Positions 41,901-55,200 of a DNA stretch of 64,000 bases are shown piece after piece. This DNA comes from Rhizophagus irregularis. Its lineage: Eukaryota. Numbering within the stretch: the first letter of the stretch is position 1; each line of letters opens with the position of its first letter. Under the pieces are notes generated by a model that was not told where the DNA came from, ran no database searches, and saw only the letters and a list, made by a program, of their open reading frames with translations. The translations under genes were made by a program, and so were the position numbers. The stretch is from positions 620,001 to 684,000 of the forward strand of contig NC_089433.1 in the NCBI RefSeq assembly GCF_026210795.1. The letters are read 5' to 3'.

Positions 41901-42219
41901 TTAAAAACTTCAAAATTTTGTCTTTCATTCCGAATTTATTATTGGGGTTTATTTTTAACATATTGTACAACTTTATTAAGGTTGGAAATCATATAAATGC
42001 TTTTTGACATTTTTTTTGTAATATATAATAATTTGCACAATCAACAGGAATCTTCAATAAATATTAACAAATTTGGTACAGTACTTCTTGAAAACTCCGC
42101 CGGTGGGAAAAGATTAAACAAAGCATTAAAAGCAATATTATTGTTCTGAATGCATGCATGTATTCTAGCTAATAGAATTTTTTTATCTAATCATGGCGTG
42201 ATTTCTTTTTAGTAATCAT

Positions 42220-42725
42220 AATGTGAAAATCTGTGCTTACGTATTACATGCCTTGAAACTCCATAAAAAATTTGGCAATTCATTAAAAGCACGTTAATGT
42301 TTAACTCCTGAAACTTTACGCGTATTTTTGATCGATAAAAAAAAAATTTATTTATTTTAACCCAATATAATTAACTTAATATAATAAATTAAACAAGTTT
42401 AAAATGCTGAAATTTTATTGATCCTTTTCATTTTTTTGGTTTTCTTTGTTTCAAAAAAAATTTTAATGTGAAAATCATGTATGTAAGGATGTAAGGTAAG
42501 TTAGCGTACATTTACTCCCGCGTAAAGTTATTGATTCATGTTTTTGATCGATAAAATAATAATAATTTTATTTAAATCAATCTAATCCTCTATTTTCATT
42601 TCAAAAAAAAAAATTTTTTTTTTCCTTTTTTTCCTTTTTTTTTTTAAGACGTTAATTAAATAATGTGAAATTCTGTATGTACGCTGTTACACCTGAAACG
42701 TTCGCGAAAGTTATTAAAGTGTAAA
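42220..42725. repeat. Degenerate tandem repeat, about 200-245 bp period, 3 partial copies
   Basis: aatgtgaaa recurs at about 42220, 42466 and 42662; tttttgatcgataaaa recurs at about 42325 and 42541. Confidence 0.55.
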
Positions 42726-45700
42726 ATGTTATAATTATGTTTTTTTATGTAATATAACACAAGTTACGCACGTACGTTGAAAATATAGTTATAGAATCTA
42801 GACATTTTAAAATCCAATGTCAAACCTCGTACTACCTGTAACAAAAAAAAAACTCTACCCCCAATTAAATTTATTTTATTTTCAAAATTAAATAAATTAT
42901 TTTAAACAACTCAAACATTTACGTTGTGTGTAAAAAAAAAAAAAAAAAAAAAGAAGACAAAGAAAATAGATTCCTATAATCTCTATATTTACTACCAAAT
43001 TAGTAATTATTTATTGTCTGTCTCAGCATAAACTAGAAATTGATTGGTTAGGAAAATCTCCGCTAGACAACTTAAGAATTGTACGACGGTGCAATGAAAA
43101 TTAAGATTTATTGGGTACTTATTTGGTCACTTAATAACAATAACAAAATATTTCAAGATGATAAAGGATTAATGAGTGATATTTAATATAGAATTGTTCT
43201 GACAGTATATAGTTTACAAAGAAATATTTAGAAATATATATTTTCTCATAAGATGAGGAATAAATCTAAATATATTTATTACGTCTTTGAAGTTATTATA
43301 AGGCATTCTTCTTTAGAGAAGATTCTAAATTTCTCGAAGAGGTAGAAGGAAGAAAAATACAGTAATTATAATTTCTATGATCTTTAAAATATCTCACAAA
43401 ACACACTGACGATATTTATGCATTTACTAATAAATACAATAAATTCATTTTAAGAATAATATAATAAAACTATCGCGTATTCATAGTTAACTTTATTTGA
43501 GTGCAGGATGAACAAGGACATAATGAAGTGTTATCCTGAACTGTTTATAGAGATCCGATAACTAAACGAATAGGCAGTCAAGTTTCGCGTAATTAACGTA
43601 AATTACGTATTAAAAAATACAGATGTTTTTTACAGAGCGAAAAATCTTTTGATTATTTCTATAATCTGTATCAATATCTGATATCGGCAGAACTAAGTCG
43701 CCTTTTATGTTTGATTTCAATTTAAACAGAGTTTTTTCTTTTTGCAAAGCCTCTGTGTTTAAAGCCTCTTTGGTTTCTTTAGTTTGAAATTTCAAAATCA
43801 TCTAAATCTATTGTTTATTAATTTATTTAATAAGATAGTAGGATAGTAAATTAATAAATGTATAAGCATAAATGATTTGCTGTAATATTATTATTATTTG
43901 AAGTTTTTTTTTTTTAAAAATAAAAAGAAAAAAAAATATAAGGAAAATAGAAAAAATAAATTCAATCATATTTATATAAAACGCGATATAATTGACACTT
44001 CTTATTATATGATATTCAATAAATATATAAAATACGAAACGTTATTTTCTTTTGCATTTTACATGCATTAAATTGGGATTACGTATTTATTAGTCATATT
44101 ACACATATTTATACAGTAACACGCAGTACTCATTAAAACTTTGAAAAAATAAATTGGTCCAGATATGTCAATTTATAATGATACTTTACTATTGAAAAAG
44201 TTATAATTTCTGGAAATTTTAGAATTTAAGTACACATATTTCAATATGATCGGAAGTACCACCGAAACTATATAGTAATATAGCAAGATAGTAAAAGTTG
44301 ATCATCAATAGTAAATATAATAATTTCGGTATTTATAAGCCGATAATACATCATTATTATAATAATTTAATTGAAAAGAAAATTTTTATCCTTCGCTATC
44401 CTTATTATTCTAATATTTTTTCATATTTTTCTCACTTTTTTTTTATTATTCATATTATTTTTTTAATGTTTTTATTTTTTTCTTTAGTAAGTATGACAAA
44501 TTTCCTTAATAAGTTACCCGGAAATGTGTGGCTTCAATTAAAATTCATGAAAACTGTAATGATGAAGTATCAAGCGAACTAAGGTTTAAGGGAGGTAGTT
44601 CAAAAAATCAATTTTTGCTAGTTGCGCTTACTTATGATTATCATTGTAAATTTGAGGTAATTTTTTTTTTTAGGGAATAAAATAATAAAATAAAACATTT
44701 TATGAGAAAATTTAAAGTAGCTCATTAATTTCAATTTGAATAATTGAAGGACATATAGCATAGCATGTAGAGTATTATACGAGCATATATTCTGATATGA
44801 ATTTTCGCATTTATTTTCTTGATTTCTTTTTTTTATTATTTTTATTTTTATCTTTATGTTTATATATATATATGAATTTTTTTTTTTCAAAAGGACTGGA
44901 AAAGGGCATTAATTTCTCATAGGATGCTAAAAAGTAAACCTTAACTGATAACAAGTTTCGACACGATAAATGTACATCACGTGATGGATATATCGGGGAC
45001 CATTTCCCGACGATCAGAAGCCCACAAATCGGGGATAATCCCGTACGTTAAGATACTCGGATAAATACGGAAACTTAGTGCCTATACTAAAAAACCAAGG
45101 GTATTCGGTATCAAATTTACTAGTATCAATATCATGAATTATAAAAACCCGGATGACTAATCCGACATGCTGTGAATGTCACGTAACAAAAAGTATTTAA
45201 ATACTTTATTAGGACAATTGTTTTTTCTTTTAGTCATTTTATATCTCTTTCGTTATTCTAAATTAAGGTTCAAAATCCATTACAAATCGATTACGATATC
45301 AAAAAGATTTAAAAGCCCTGTATATGTATGTATGATAAGAAATGGAAAGTAGGTGAACAAATCATTAACTTATTATATCAAATTTATTTAGTATTTACTT
45401 ATATTTATATGATCTATAAGTAGTACAATGATACAATTTATTCTATTGACGAATCATAATACCGATCCTTCTAGATTTTACCAATCTATAAGATTTATTG
45501 TAGCATTTTATATACTAAAATTATCACCCATCAGTTGTATTTCATAACTTTTTCCATTTTTACTTGAATCTTCATTAACCTCAGGTTAAACAATAAAAAG
45601 GTCCAAATAATCACAAATTTCAAATTTAACTTTTTGTATCCGGCTCATTTCGATTAAAACTATTTTTGAAACCTTGTTCTATTAATAAACCTATTAAAAA

Positions 45701-46202
45701 TTGATGTATACTGCAATTTTTACAGCATCAAAAAAATGTATTCAAAGAAATATGTATTTTTTTTTTTACATCATCTCTTGAATCTTTTGTATTTGCTTCT
45801 TACTCTATATGCAAAGTTTCTGAATTTCTGATTTTTCATAAATAATTCTTTACAATTGTTTCTCATGTTTCTCATGTCATGATAAAAGTGTTGTGAGTTA
45901 AAAATATATATATATATATTAGGGTCCATTCCATACCATATTTTCTTATTGTAATCATTTGAAATTTTTGAAATACACACATAGCTCTTAAAATTCCGCA
46001 ATTGTTGGGCAGAATTATAAATGATCGGTGCCGTGAACTTCTATATTAAGTAATGCCAGCCTCGTCTCTGATCCTAATGCCGGCTATTGCGGAATTTATC
46101 TGGGTCGTTCCAGTAAGATGATTTAATCTCGTTATTTAGTTATTTAATAGTAAAATATGGTATAGTATAAACTATATCTGATTTGTGACGTATCTCAATA
46201 GC

Positions 46203-46908
46203 TCAATAGGGACTAAATTTATTTTCTTTACTTTTACCCTTTGAATAATTAGATGAACAAGATTTTGGTTTCGACTTCTCGTTTGCCTTCTTTGCGTCAT
46301 TTTTTATATCTTTTTTCATTTTACTTCTGTATTTCATATTCCAATAATTTTTAACTTTATTCTCAGAATAAAGTTTTCCGAACAATCTAAACAATTCACG
46401 AATTACTTTTCTCCAGCGGATTTTAATTTTATCGCCTTTCATGAGAAATTTTTGAACTTCATGATCGATAATGACTTTTTCGTAATAACCCAAGTCATCC
46501 TTGCATACTAATTGAATAAATACAATTTACTGTATGTTAAAATATTTCTTTAAAAAAATAAAAAGTATTAAAAATAAAGATTTATTTACATTCCGGGTTA
46601 AGATAATTTCTCCAACTATAAAGTAAAAAGCAGATATTATTATTTTCTTAAAAAAAAAACAAATTACTTAATAAATTATTCTTACCGTTCGGAGATTTGA
46701 CTGCAAGTAAATTTTTCATTCAATAATCCACTAATAATTACGAAACGATTAGTGAATTTTCCATAAGTCTTCATATGTTTAATGATCATATTATCGTCCT
46801 ACGACAAAATCATATCATTAATAGATTAAAAATGATTAATTTTTTTTTCTTTAGGATCTTTATTTATTAACGTACTTCCTCGGTAAAATAAAACGCTTTC
46901 GAACGCAT
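46203..46908 (-). CDS. Two-repeat Myb/SANT-like DNA-binding protein; exons 46908-46876, 46798-46686, 46615-46590, 46507-46203
   Basis: Three GT-AG introns give MRSKAFYFTEEDDNMIIKHMKTYG...FTCSQISERWRNYLNPELCKDDLGYYEKVII...IRWRKVI...SENKVKNYWN, the R2R3-Myb pattern (ERWRNYLNP; NxVKNYWN). Confidence 0.88.
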
Positions 46909-48841
46909 TATTATTATTTTTAAAGTTTCAAAATTTAAACAATTTAGTTTTCATCAACAAAATTTCTCTAATTTTTAATTGAATAATGAAAATTGATCTT
47001 TAAATAGTTTTTTTAAAATCAATTATGCTGATAAGGCAACAAGAAAAAGAGTTTTTTTTTTATTGCGTAAATGAAGCAATTTTTGGCAATTCAATAATCA
47101 AGAACTGTGTTACTGTAGCAAAAGTTTTAGAAATAATTTCGGAATTCGGAACATACCCGTAATAATTATGTCATGGGCTCTATCTTATACATTTATCTAA
47201 TGGCTTCTTTTATTATTATTACTTGTGTTCCTCTTTAAAGCTTCTAATAATTTTGTAATTCTCTCTGTGGATAGTGACGATCCCAGATCCAGGATATTAT
47301 TTATTCTATAAAAATTTTAACTGAAAAGCAATTTAACATATTGATTGTCTATAATGGTTTATTCCTGCGTATAATAAAAAAGTGGTTTGTAATTAAATTA
47401 GAAACTCACTATACTGAAACGGTTATCTGTATTTCGCATATTTTGAAATGGTAAGACCCTCTATTCCTAAATTCAAAGACAAAGAAAGAGTGCCTTTTGT
47501 CACTTTGTGCGGTTAACTTATTTGATTAATTTGTGATACAAAGTACTAGCGCCAACAACCGGAGTTTTATCAACATTGTGCGGTAAACATTTAGTGAATA
47601 ACGTACAGCGGAACATTCTGGAATTTATTTTAGTTCTATTCAGAACAGTCTACAAGAAGCTATATAAAATAGTTCGTAAAAGTAGAGCAAAAAGAACTGA
47701 TAATAAGCCGACATTCTTCGGTGGAAAAATAAGAAGGGAAGGTTTATATCTAAACTACTAGAATAGACAGAATAGACGATACACCAGAAAAGACGGACGG
47801 AAATAAAAATAAATTATACAAAACCATACATAACTGCTATACGTAAAATACTGTCGGGTACAGACGGAATGATCAAATAAATTTTCAAAACAAGCGCTAA
47901 TCAGAATTTTGATCACGTGGTTCGCGATTCTGAAAGTCGGTTAATCGTCGTGTCGAGAATTAAGATAATCAAGATTACCGAATAATTTTAACTATGGTCA
48001 TGCTAACGAATATTCTATTATTGAGTTTTTTTTTACAAAACTACTTAGGATATGAAGATTATTCTGGAGGTTTTAAACTTGAGAAGACGATGTCTCATCT
48101 GCATTAATTCTGTACCTACAAAAAATTTCTTTTATTTAATTATTAATTTCCTTTTTGTTAGAAAGGATAAGATAAATGACATGGATTATAAGCTATACAA
48201 TTGTTTATTTATAGATTAGTCATATGGGTACAATTTAATACATTCAGCCAATTTTCGTTCTTTGAGCCAATAAAATCCAACTATTTTATGTTGCACCATG
48301 CATAATTTACATTGTACCAACTTAGATATTATCAACATGTTTTTAAAAAACAAATATTCGAATATTCAATCCAATAAATATCTAAAGTTTTATATAATAT
48401 GATCTAGATTGGACAACAAAGATCAAATGAAATATTATCATTATAACATATTTGAATTATTTATAACCTTTTTTTTTTAGGGTTTCATTCTCCCTGCTTT
48501 TAATGATACTGTATTTAGTTCTATCTATAAAATTTGTAAATAATTAATATTATATATAATATTAACAATTAAGTCAATTAAATCCATAAAAAGAGTAAAC
48601 CCCCTTTTAGTCGGATAAATTTAATGATAAAAACGTATATGTCTTTGTATGCATCTAATATTTGTGATTCAAATTTGATTGGTATATTAAAGAAAGATTT
48701 TTTCCAACTTTTAACTAAATTGATTTTAAAACCGTCAAATTAAATAGGTATAAATATGACTTCAAAAGGGCGTTGAAAAACATAAATTCTATATATATTT
48801 TCTTTCTCATAAATTAATATTAAATTCCTATACCATTAACA

Positions 48842-49453
48842 ATGTCGTTCATTCCCCAACAATCTTGTGAGGTCATGAAACCGGAAAATCAACTTCCTGA
48901 AACCATGGAACAAGAAAAGATGCAACATCAAATCGTTAACAATTCTCTCTGCGAATTGCGGCACATGAAAATTGGTGAATTACCATCTCCGTCTACTCTG
49001 ACCAGGAATAAAACGTTAGGAAGACCGCGCAAACATAATCCGTATTATCGCAATATAGTAGCAGCAAGTTATATATCTGGACCAAACTTGTTACAACCGA
49101 ATTACATTGCAAAAGATATTAGAGAGATGTGGAAATCAATCAAAGTTAACAATGTGTCAACCGTAGAAGGAAATAAAATATTTACATTTCATAATACTTT
49201 TTCTGGAAAATACGAAATGGACAGTGGTACGCGAAAAAATGTACATTCAGTCACTAAATCATTTCAACATCTTCCCCAATTTTTCCAATCCTTCTATTCC
49301 TCACAACCTTTTCAACAACCCTCCTTGCATCAATTGTCTTCCTTACAACCTTTCCAACAACAACCTTCCTTGCCTTATCAAGTCTATTACCAACCTTTGC
49401 TCTTTTCCAATACCGTCAATTCTGAATTGCCACAACAATCTATCAATAAATAA
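48842..49453 (+). CDS. Hypothetical protein with an AT-hook-like motif and Gln/Pro-rich C-terminus
   Basis: 203-aa open frame containing LGRPRK. A TATA-like tataaata lies at about 48749. Confidence 0.6.
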   Translation: MSFIPQQSCEVMKPENQLPETMEQEKMQHQIVNNSLCELRHMKIGELPSPSTLTRNKTLGRPRKHNPYYRNIVAASYISGPNLLQPNYIAKDIREMWKSIKVNNVSTVEGNKIFTFHNTFSGKYEMDSGTRKNVHSVTKSFQHLPQFFQSFYSSQPFQQPSLHQLSSLQPFQQQPSLPYQVYYQPLLFSNTVNSELPQQSINK

Positions 49454-50397
49454 TTTGCCTTTTCTTATTCGTTTCTTTCTATATAACTATATAAATTAGG
49501 TCATTCAATTACATTTCTATATATATATGTATATATTATCTTTAATGATCATTTAAAGGAATATGTTATATTACATGATTATTAAATAAAGTTATAATTT
49601 TCAAATAAATAATTATTCGAGATATTTTTTTTTAAAATTAATTGAAATTATAAAGCTATATTATTATAAACTGAATATGGTAATATCCTATAACAGATAA
49701 CGTTGAATCAATTAAAATTTTTGTGCGTATTAAAATTCGTTACGATTCACGATATTTTATGGAATATAGCGGATTTATGTAAACAATAATTCGGTATTGC
49801 AATAAGAAACTTCATTGAAGAGTTATCTGTATTCTGTAATAATCGTAAGACGCGATCTTAGATTTTTCAGATGTTATAGTAGGAAAGTAAATGTGTGAAA
49901 TAATATGGTACTTTGCCCAATACGGATTCCAGAAGCTACCACCACATTTCCTAGAGGCATTAGCCCATAACCAATCTTCATCCCATACAGTATTTGGAGG
50001 TATTACATAGCCCCGGTAACAGCATTGTTACTTCTGCGCCCTCATAATTCGATCACGTGATCATAAAATTGAAAGCCATACCTTGTATTATTAATTTATA
50101 TATATATATTTTTTAAAGAATATTGCTAATATCCCACCAGATAGAAGGTCTACCATTCCCTATTAAAAATTTGATTGGCTAATTTTTTTCAACATTATAT
50201 TTTAAAATAAATTTTAATAAACTTAAAAAAAAAAAAAATATTTATATTATTAAAAATTGGTAAACAGACTACCAAATAACTTTATTTAATTTAATAGTAA
50301 GTAATTTGATTTAATTATATTTAATAAATAATAAAAAAAAATTATGCTTATTGTTAATTAAATTATTACTGATAAAATTAAAAGTATTTAAACTTAT

Positions 50398-51087
50398 ACT
50401 GATGAGACATCATGCCCATTATGCAAGTTAGATCATAATGATGAAGAAAGTATAGAAGGTAGGTATAAATCCAGATCTTACTTTATTAAATGCGAACAGT
50501 GTGAAATTGAGATAACTCATTATTTTACAATACTGTATTTGCTCACGCTTCATTGTGATATTTTTTTACAGGGCTAATTTACGTTGACTATACTTACTAT
50601 AATTTAAATTGATTTGCAATCATATAAAAAGACAATATGACCAAGTCCGATAAAGTATTAACCCCGAATATCTGCCAAATTAAGTGGGTTACTAAGCGTT
50701 TTGACGGATAAGATTCATTCTAATTTATATAAAAATATAAAAAAGAAACTGGGCATGAGCCATGGCAATTACCAAGAGCTGTGATAAGTATGTCACCAGA
50801 ACCTAAGACCTCTGATTTCAAGCCTATCACTTATGAAACAAAACCAGTTCCAGAATTAATTATTAAATCTGTCTTAGAGCACTTCCATACTTGAAATTCC
50901 GAAATAGTTTCAGAGGGATTGATAATTATAATTTTGTATCTGCTCAGCCGTGGAGTTCACCATGTCCTATTTGTAATGGAAAACATGGAATTATGGATTA
51001 CATGGCAAATGGTATAAAAATGGAACGGAATATTGTCTTACCTGTAACAGTTCAAGCAATAAATTTAAGTTTGCGATTGTAGCATAG
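50398..51087 (+). pseudogene. Fragments of Cys-rich (zinc-finger-like) hypothetical gene(s), probably repeat cargo
   Basis: Broken frames read DETSCPLCKLDHNDEESIEGRYKSRSYFIKCEQCEI and PWSSPCPICNGKHG / YGLHGKWYKNGTEYCLTCNSSSNKFKFAIVA*, i.e. two CPxC..H..G...CxxC modules. Confidence 0.55.
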
Positions 51088-53106
51088 GCCGGTAAAAATT
51101 CCACCGCAGTATTCTAGAACAATATTATTAACTTCGAAATTTCAGAATTCCGAAAGGTATCATTAACAGACTATCTTGTAAAAGAAGAATAAACTGAATA
51201 GATTAGTTTAGGTTAGCGTTATCATGTACACTGTAACAAGTTACGACCTGTATTTCTCGTACGGTCAATAAAGCAAAGACACAATTAGCGCAACTAATTT
51301 ACCAGATATTACAGTATATTTTTTTTCGCATGGTGTTGGTTGAGGGATCGAGGGAATGGTGTATGCTAAATTTTTCTAACAAGTTTTATTATAATAATTT
51401 AATCCAGAACTTGATAAATGCGCAGTAACGTTAGAACATTTTAGTATAGACGATATCATGTATCACGGGAATAAGTAATTTATTCTCGAATTTTCCCAAA
51501 GCTTTTACGCATAACAAAAAAGACCTCCTTGTTGATCTTTGTATATGGGTAGCGTCAAAGTTTTTTTAAAGTGGATCCTTTTCGTGATGCGATCATATTA
51601 ACGTAATTTCTTTCAAAAGTGTATAGCAAAATCGATCCTGCGAATTATATAAAAGGCAATGTCCCAGTTGGTGAACCCTTTTATCTGCCTTGCGCAAGTA
51701 AAGCAAAAATAAAACGAAAAATAAAACCTACCATTATTAACATCATCGAAATCAACAATCAAACGAACTCACATTTTCCGCAAAGTTATAATAAAGTAGG
51801 TTGGTTTTATTACTGGGCTAGCTTCTAAAAGAACATCATCACGATGTTAATCAATTTTTCTGACTCTATAGATGCTTAAAGTCAAAGCGGATATATTATC
51901 ATTCCTGATCTTTTTAACATATTTGATATTCGCCGAGAAAATCGTGATCGTTAGCACGTGCCTCATCGGCGCAGTGAAATACAGAGAAAAAATCACATGA
52001 CTGTAATTTTAGCCGGCAAAATCTTATATTGGTAAGACTTAACACATTAAACAACGAATTTCGTAAATATAAGACGGATTGGAATGTTATGAAAATGAAT
52101 AGTGGTAAGCTTGAATCGGAAATATTGCATTTCTTATTTTTTTTAAACCCAATTGCTAATTCCCCGAATTCATTCTGTAGTCTCGAATTACTTGATCTTA
52201 GCGAAGTTCTATTATTGGAATAATCTTTTTCATAGTCTGTGTAGATGATAATGATATAGATAGACAAAAATTTAGTGGGATAATTTATTTCGAAAATCTA
52301 GTGTTATTTAGTGATAAAAAAAATTAGCTATAGATATTTTTCGAAAATGTGAGAGAGCAAAAAAATAACTTGATGTGGGGGCTCGCATTAAATGGCCTAG
52401 GATCCGCATCTCTTTGATAGCATCATACATTTCATTTACTCATCTGACTCTAAAAGTTTCTCAATTTGAATTTTATTTTTATTGCATTATGCATTAGTCA
52501 CATTATTTGTAAAAATAAAAATAGAAAAGGAAAACTTGAAAATTTTTTGAAGAAAATATATATATATATATATATATATTTCTTTCTCGCTTTCTCGCTA
52601 ATCATCGTTTCAAAAAAATAAAAAATGTTTGTTTGATTTTGCGTCCAATCCCATCTCCATCAATAACTACTTGTTTTTTTCAAATTATCATCACTCACAC
52701 CTCAAAATTAATCACTTTCTAATCACTAAATTAAGTCTTTTTTGTTTATATAATCATCATCATCATTCCTTCAACTACTAAATAAAGTAAAAAAGAAAAA
52801 AGAAATAAACACTGAAAGGAAAAAATAAATCAACTAATGTAAAAAGAAAATTGTTCGGTTTTTTAAAGATTATTTGGTTTTTTGGTTTTTTTTTTCTGTA
52901 CAGACTTCGAATAAAAAAAGAAAAAAATAAATCAATAGTAAGTATGCTATAAAAAATAAATAGCATGAAAATAATAGTAAATACTTTTTTTTAAAACAAT
53001 GTTCAATATTTTTTTTTTTCTACACGTCATTTTTATGGTAGTAAATACCTAAAAAAAAGACGGTGTAAAACCTTTCCCATCAAAACATATGCCATTTTGA
53101 AAATTT

Positions 53107-54470
53107 CTAATCAACTTCTATAATTTTACAATGTGAGGAGAGTATGTTAAATATATTAGCATTTTCTTGAATATAACTTTCTACTGATCGATGATATGAA
53201 AATATATTGTTTCCCAAAACTTCATTTAATTCCTCAACCTTATCAAAATATTTCATAAATGCTAAAAAGCTGAGCTCATTAGACTTCAACAAATCACTGA
53301 TAAGTCTTCTTCCTACTTCATAATATGGACCATTCGGAAGGAGTTGTGCAGATTGAAATTTCTTCTCAACTTCATCTAAAATCGACTGTTTAACGACTGC
53401 ATAAAAAGGGATAAGCAATTAATAAAAAGCAAAATCATGCGAATTCATTTGATGCAAATATAAAGCTAATCTTACCTTCGAAGGTTTGTCCAGCCAGGAA
53501 GTCATCTGCCACGGTCTTTAGCTCTACAATGCGCCCCACAACCAAATCATATAATTTTTTTGCATCTCCTTCCTTGATACTGCGCTTCTTAACCAAATAT
53601 TCCATTGATGTGTTCCTATCAAGGTCACCGATTTTAATTATAGGTTTTTTCGCACTATGAGCTAAAATAAGAATAATAACTTGTAAGTAATACTATTCTC
53701 AGGAGCACAAAAAAGAAATAACGTCATACTTACATTCCATTCTTCGAGGTACATTCCCTTCACTACTAACAAATACAGCAATGTACTCTCGGTGATCAGC
53801 ATTCATTTTAGCGTCATCTTGAAGAGTATCAAGAACTTTTGGGTTCACATTAGCTAATTTGGCAATGTTGTCATAAATGATGACTGAAGGTTTATTGTGT
53901 TTTGCTTTGTACACTGCACTAGCACGCTTGAAGGCCTCCAAGGCTCTTTTCCACTTGGGACGCTCATCTTTACCTATAAAAAGTAACATTCAGATCAAAA
54001 GCTTCGGTTGTAAAGGAAAATAATGATCAACTTACCATGGGTATCACCTAATACTTTCTTCGTAAGCTGTGACATAAAAGAGATACGTTCCTCAAATGCG
54101 AAGTTAAGAGATTTTCCAAATGCTATGCCAAAGTTCTCTATATCTTCTGCATCAGCAGGAATTTCAACGTATATGACTCCCTGCCCTGATGCACTTCTGA
54201 TTAACGTGGTTTTCCCGGTCCCGTGTTCTCCACAAATCACATGATAACATGAATGATATCTATTCGGATGAAGAATTTTTTTAAGACGATCTACAACTAG
54301 AGGTCGGGGAACAAACTCATCATCCGAAACATCAACTTTAGGTCGAGTTCCTTTTTTCACGGTCTTGTTAAGTTGACAAACGTTATACTTGTTTTGTATC
54401 CAATCATATATGATATCTCCTGTAGTGTTGGTCTCCGTAAATAGTTGTAAGTCCAAAAGTCAAGTAAATA
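53107..54470 (-). CDS. P-loop NTPase (AAA/ATPase_2-like), possibly pseudogenised; exons about 54470-54036, 53973-53734, 53661-53476, 53396-53107
   Basis: Walker A CGEHGTGKTTL and Walker B VIIYDN, with introns in frame. An in-frame TGA just upstream of 54456 and no clean first exon suggest decay. Confidence 0.7.
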
Positions 54471-55200
54471 TAATGGCTGTAAATCAGAATTACCATATTT
54501 TAGCTAACCACAATAGTGTAGTATTTACAGCCAATTTACAGCTTACGTTTATAATATTACAACCGCTAAAAGTTGTAATTCGATATATAATAATCGTTAC
54601 TTCCGAAAATCTCTTCAGCAGAAGTGTGGGGGAGAGGTGAAGAAGAGTTTGTCGAGAAATAAAAATAAAAAAAGGTGCAACGTCAAAAACATAAATATAA
54701 ATGTGAACATAAATATATATTTTTTACATGATACTCGATTATTAACGAAATGGAAGAGCTGGAGGAAGACATTAGAAACGAATATAACGGTTTGAATTAT
54801 TTCGAATTTAAAAGAAGTTTGAGAGAGTTTCTTAGGGATAAAAAAAAAGAAAGAATTTTGTTCCGATAAAAGAAAAAGGAAGAAAATTTGTTCCGATAAA
54901 AGAAAAACAATAAGCTATTTGATCAAAATCGGCTTATTGATATATTAAATTAAACCTTTCTGAATACATCGTGACTAGACTCTTGTAGTGACGTACGTAA
55001 TATAGCAAATAATACAGTTACTCATTAGACTCATTAGATTGTAAAAATTGTAAAAAAAAAATGATTAAAAAAGATACTTAAATTAATTAAATTAATCAAA
55101 TGACTCACGAAAAAAAAATAAAAAAAATGACAATTCTCCGATTCAAGGTATTTATTAAAAAAGTGGTTTAATATTACGTAATTTTCATGTCGTACGAGTG

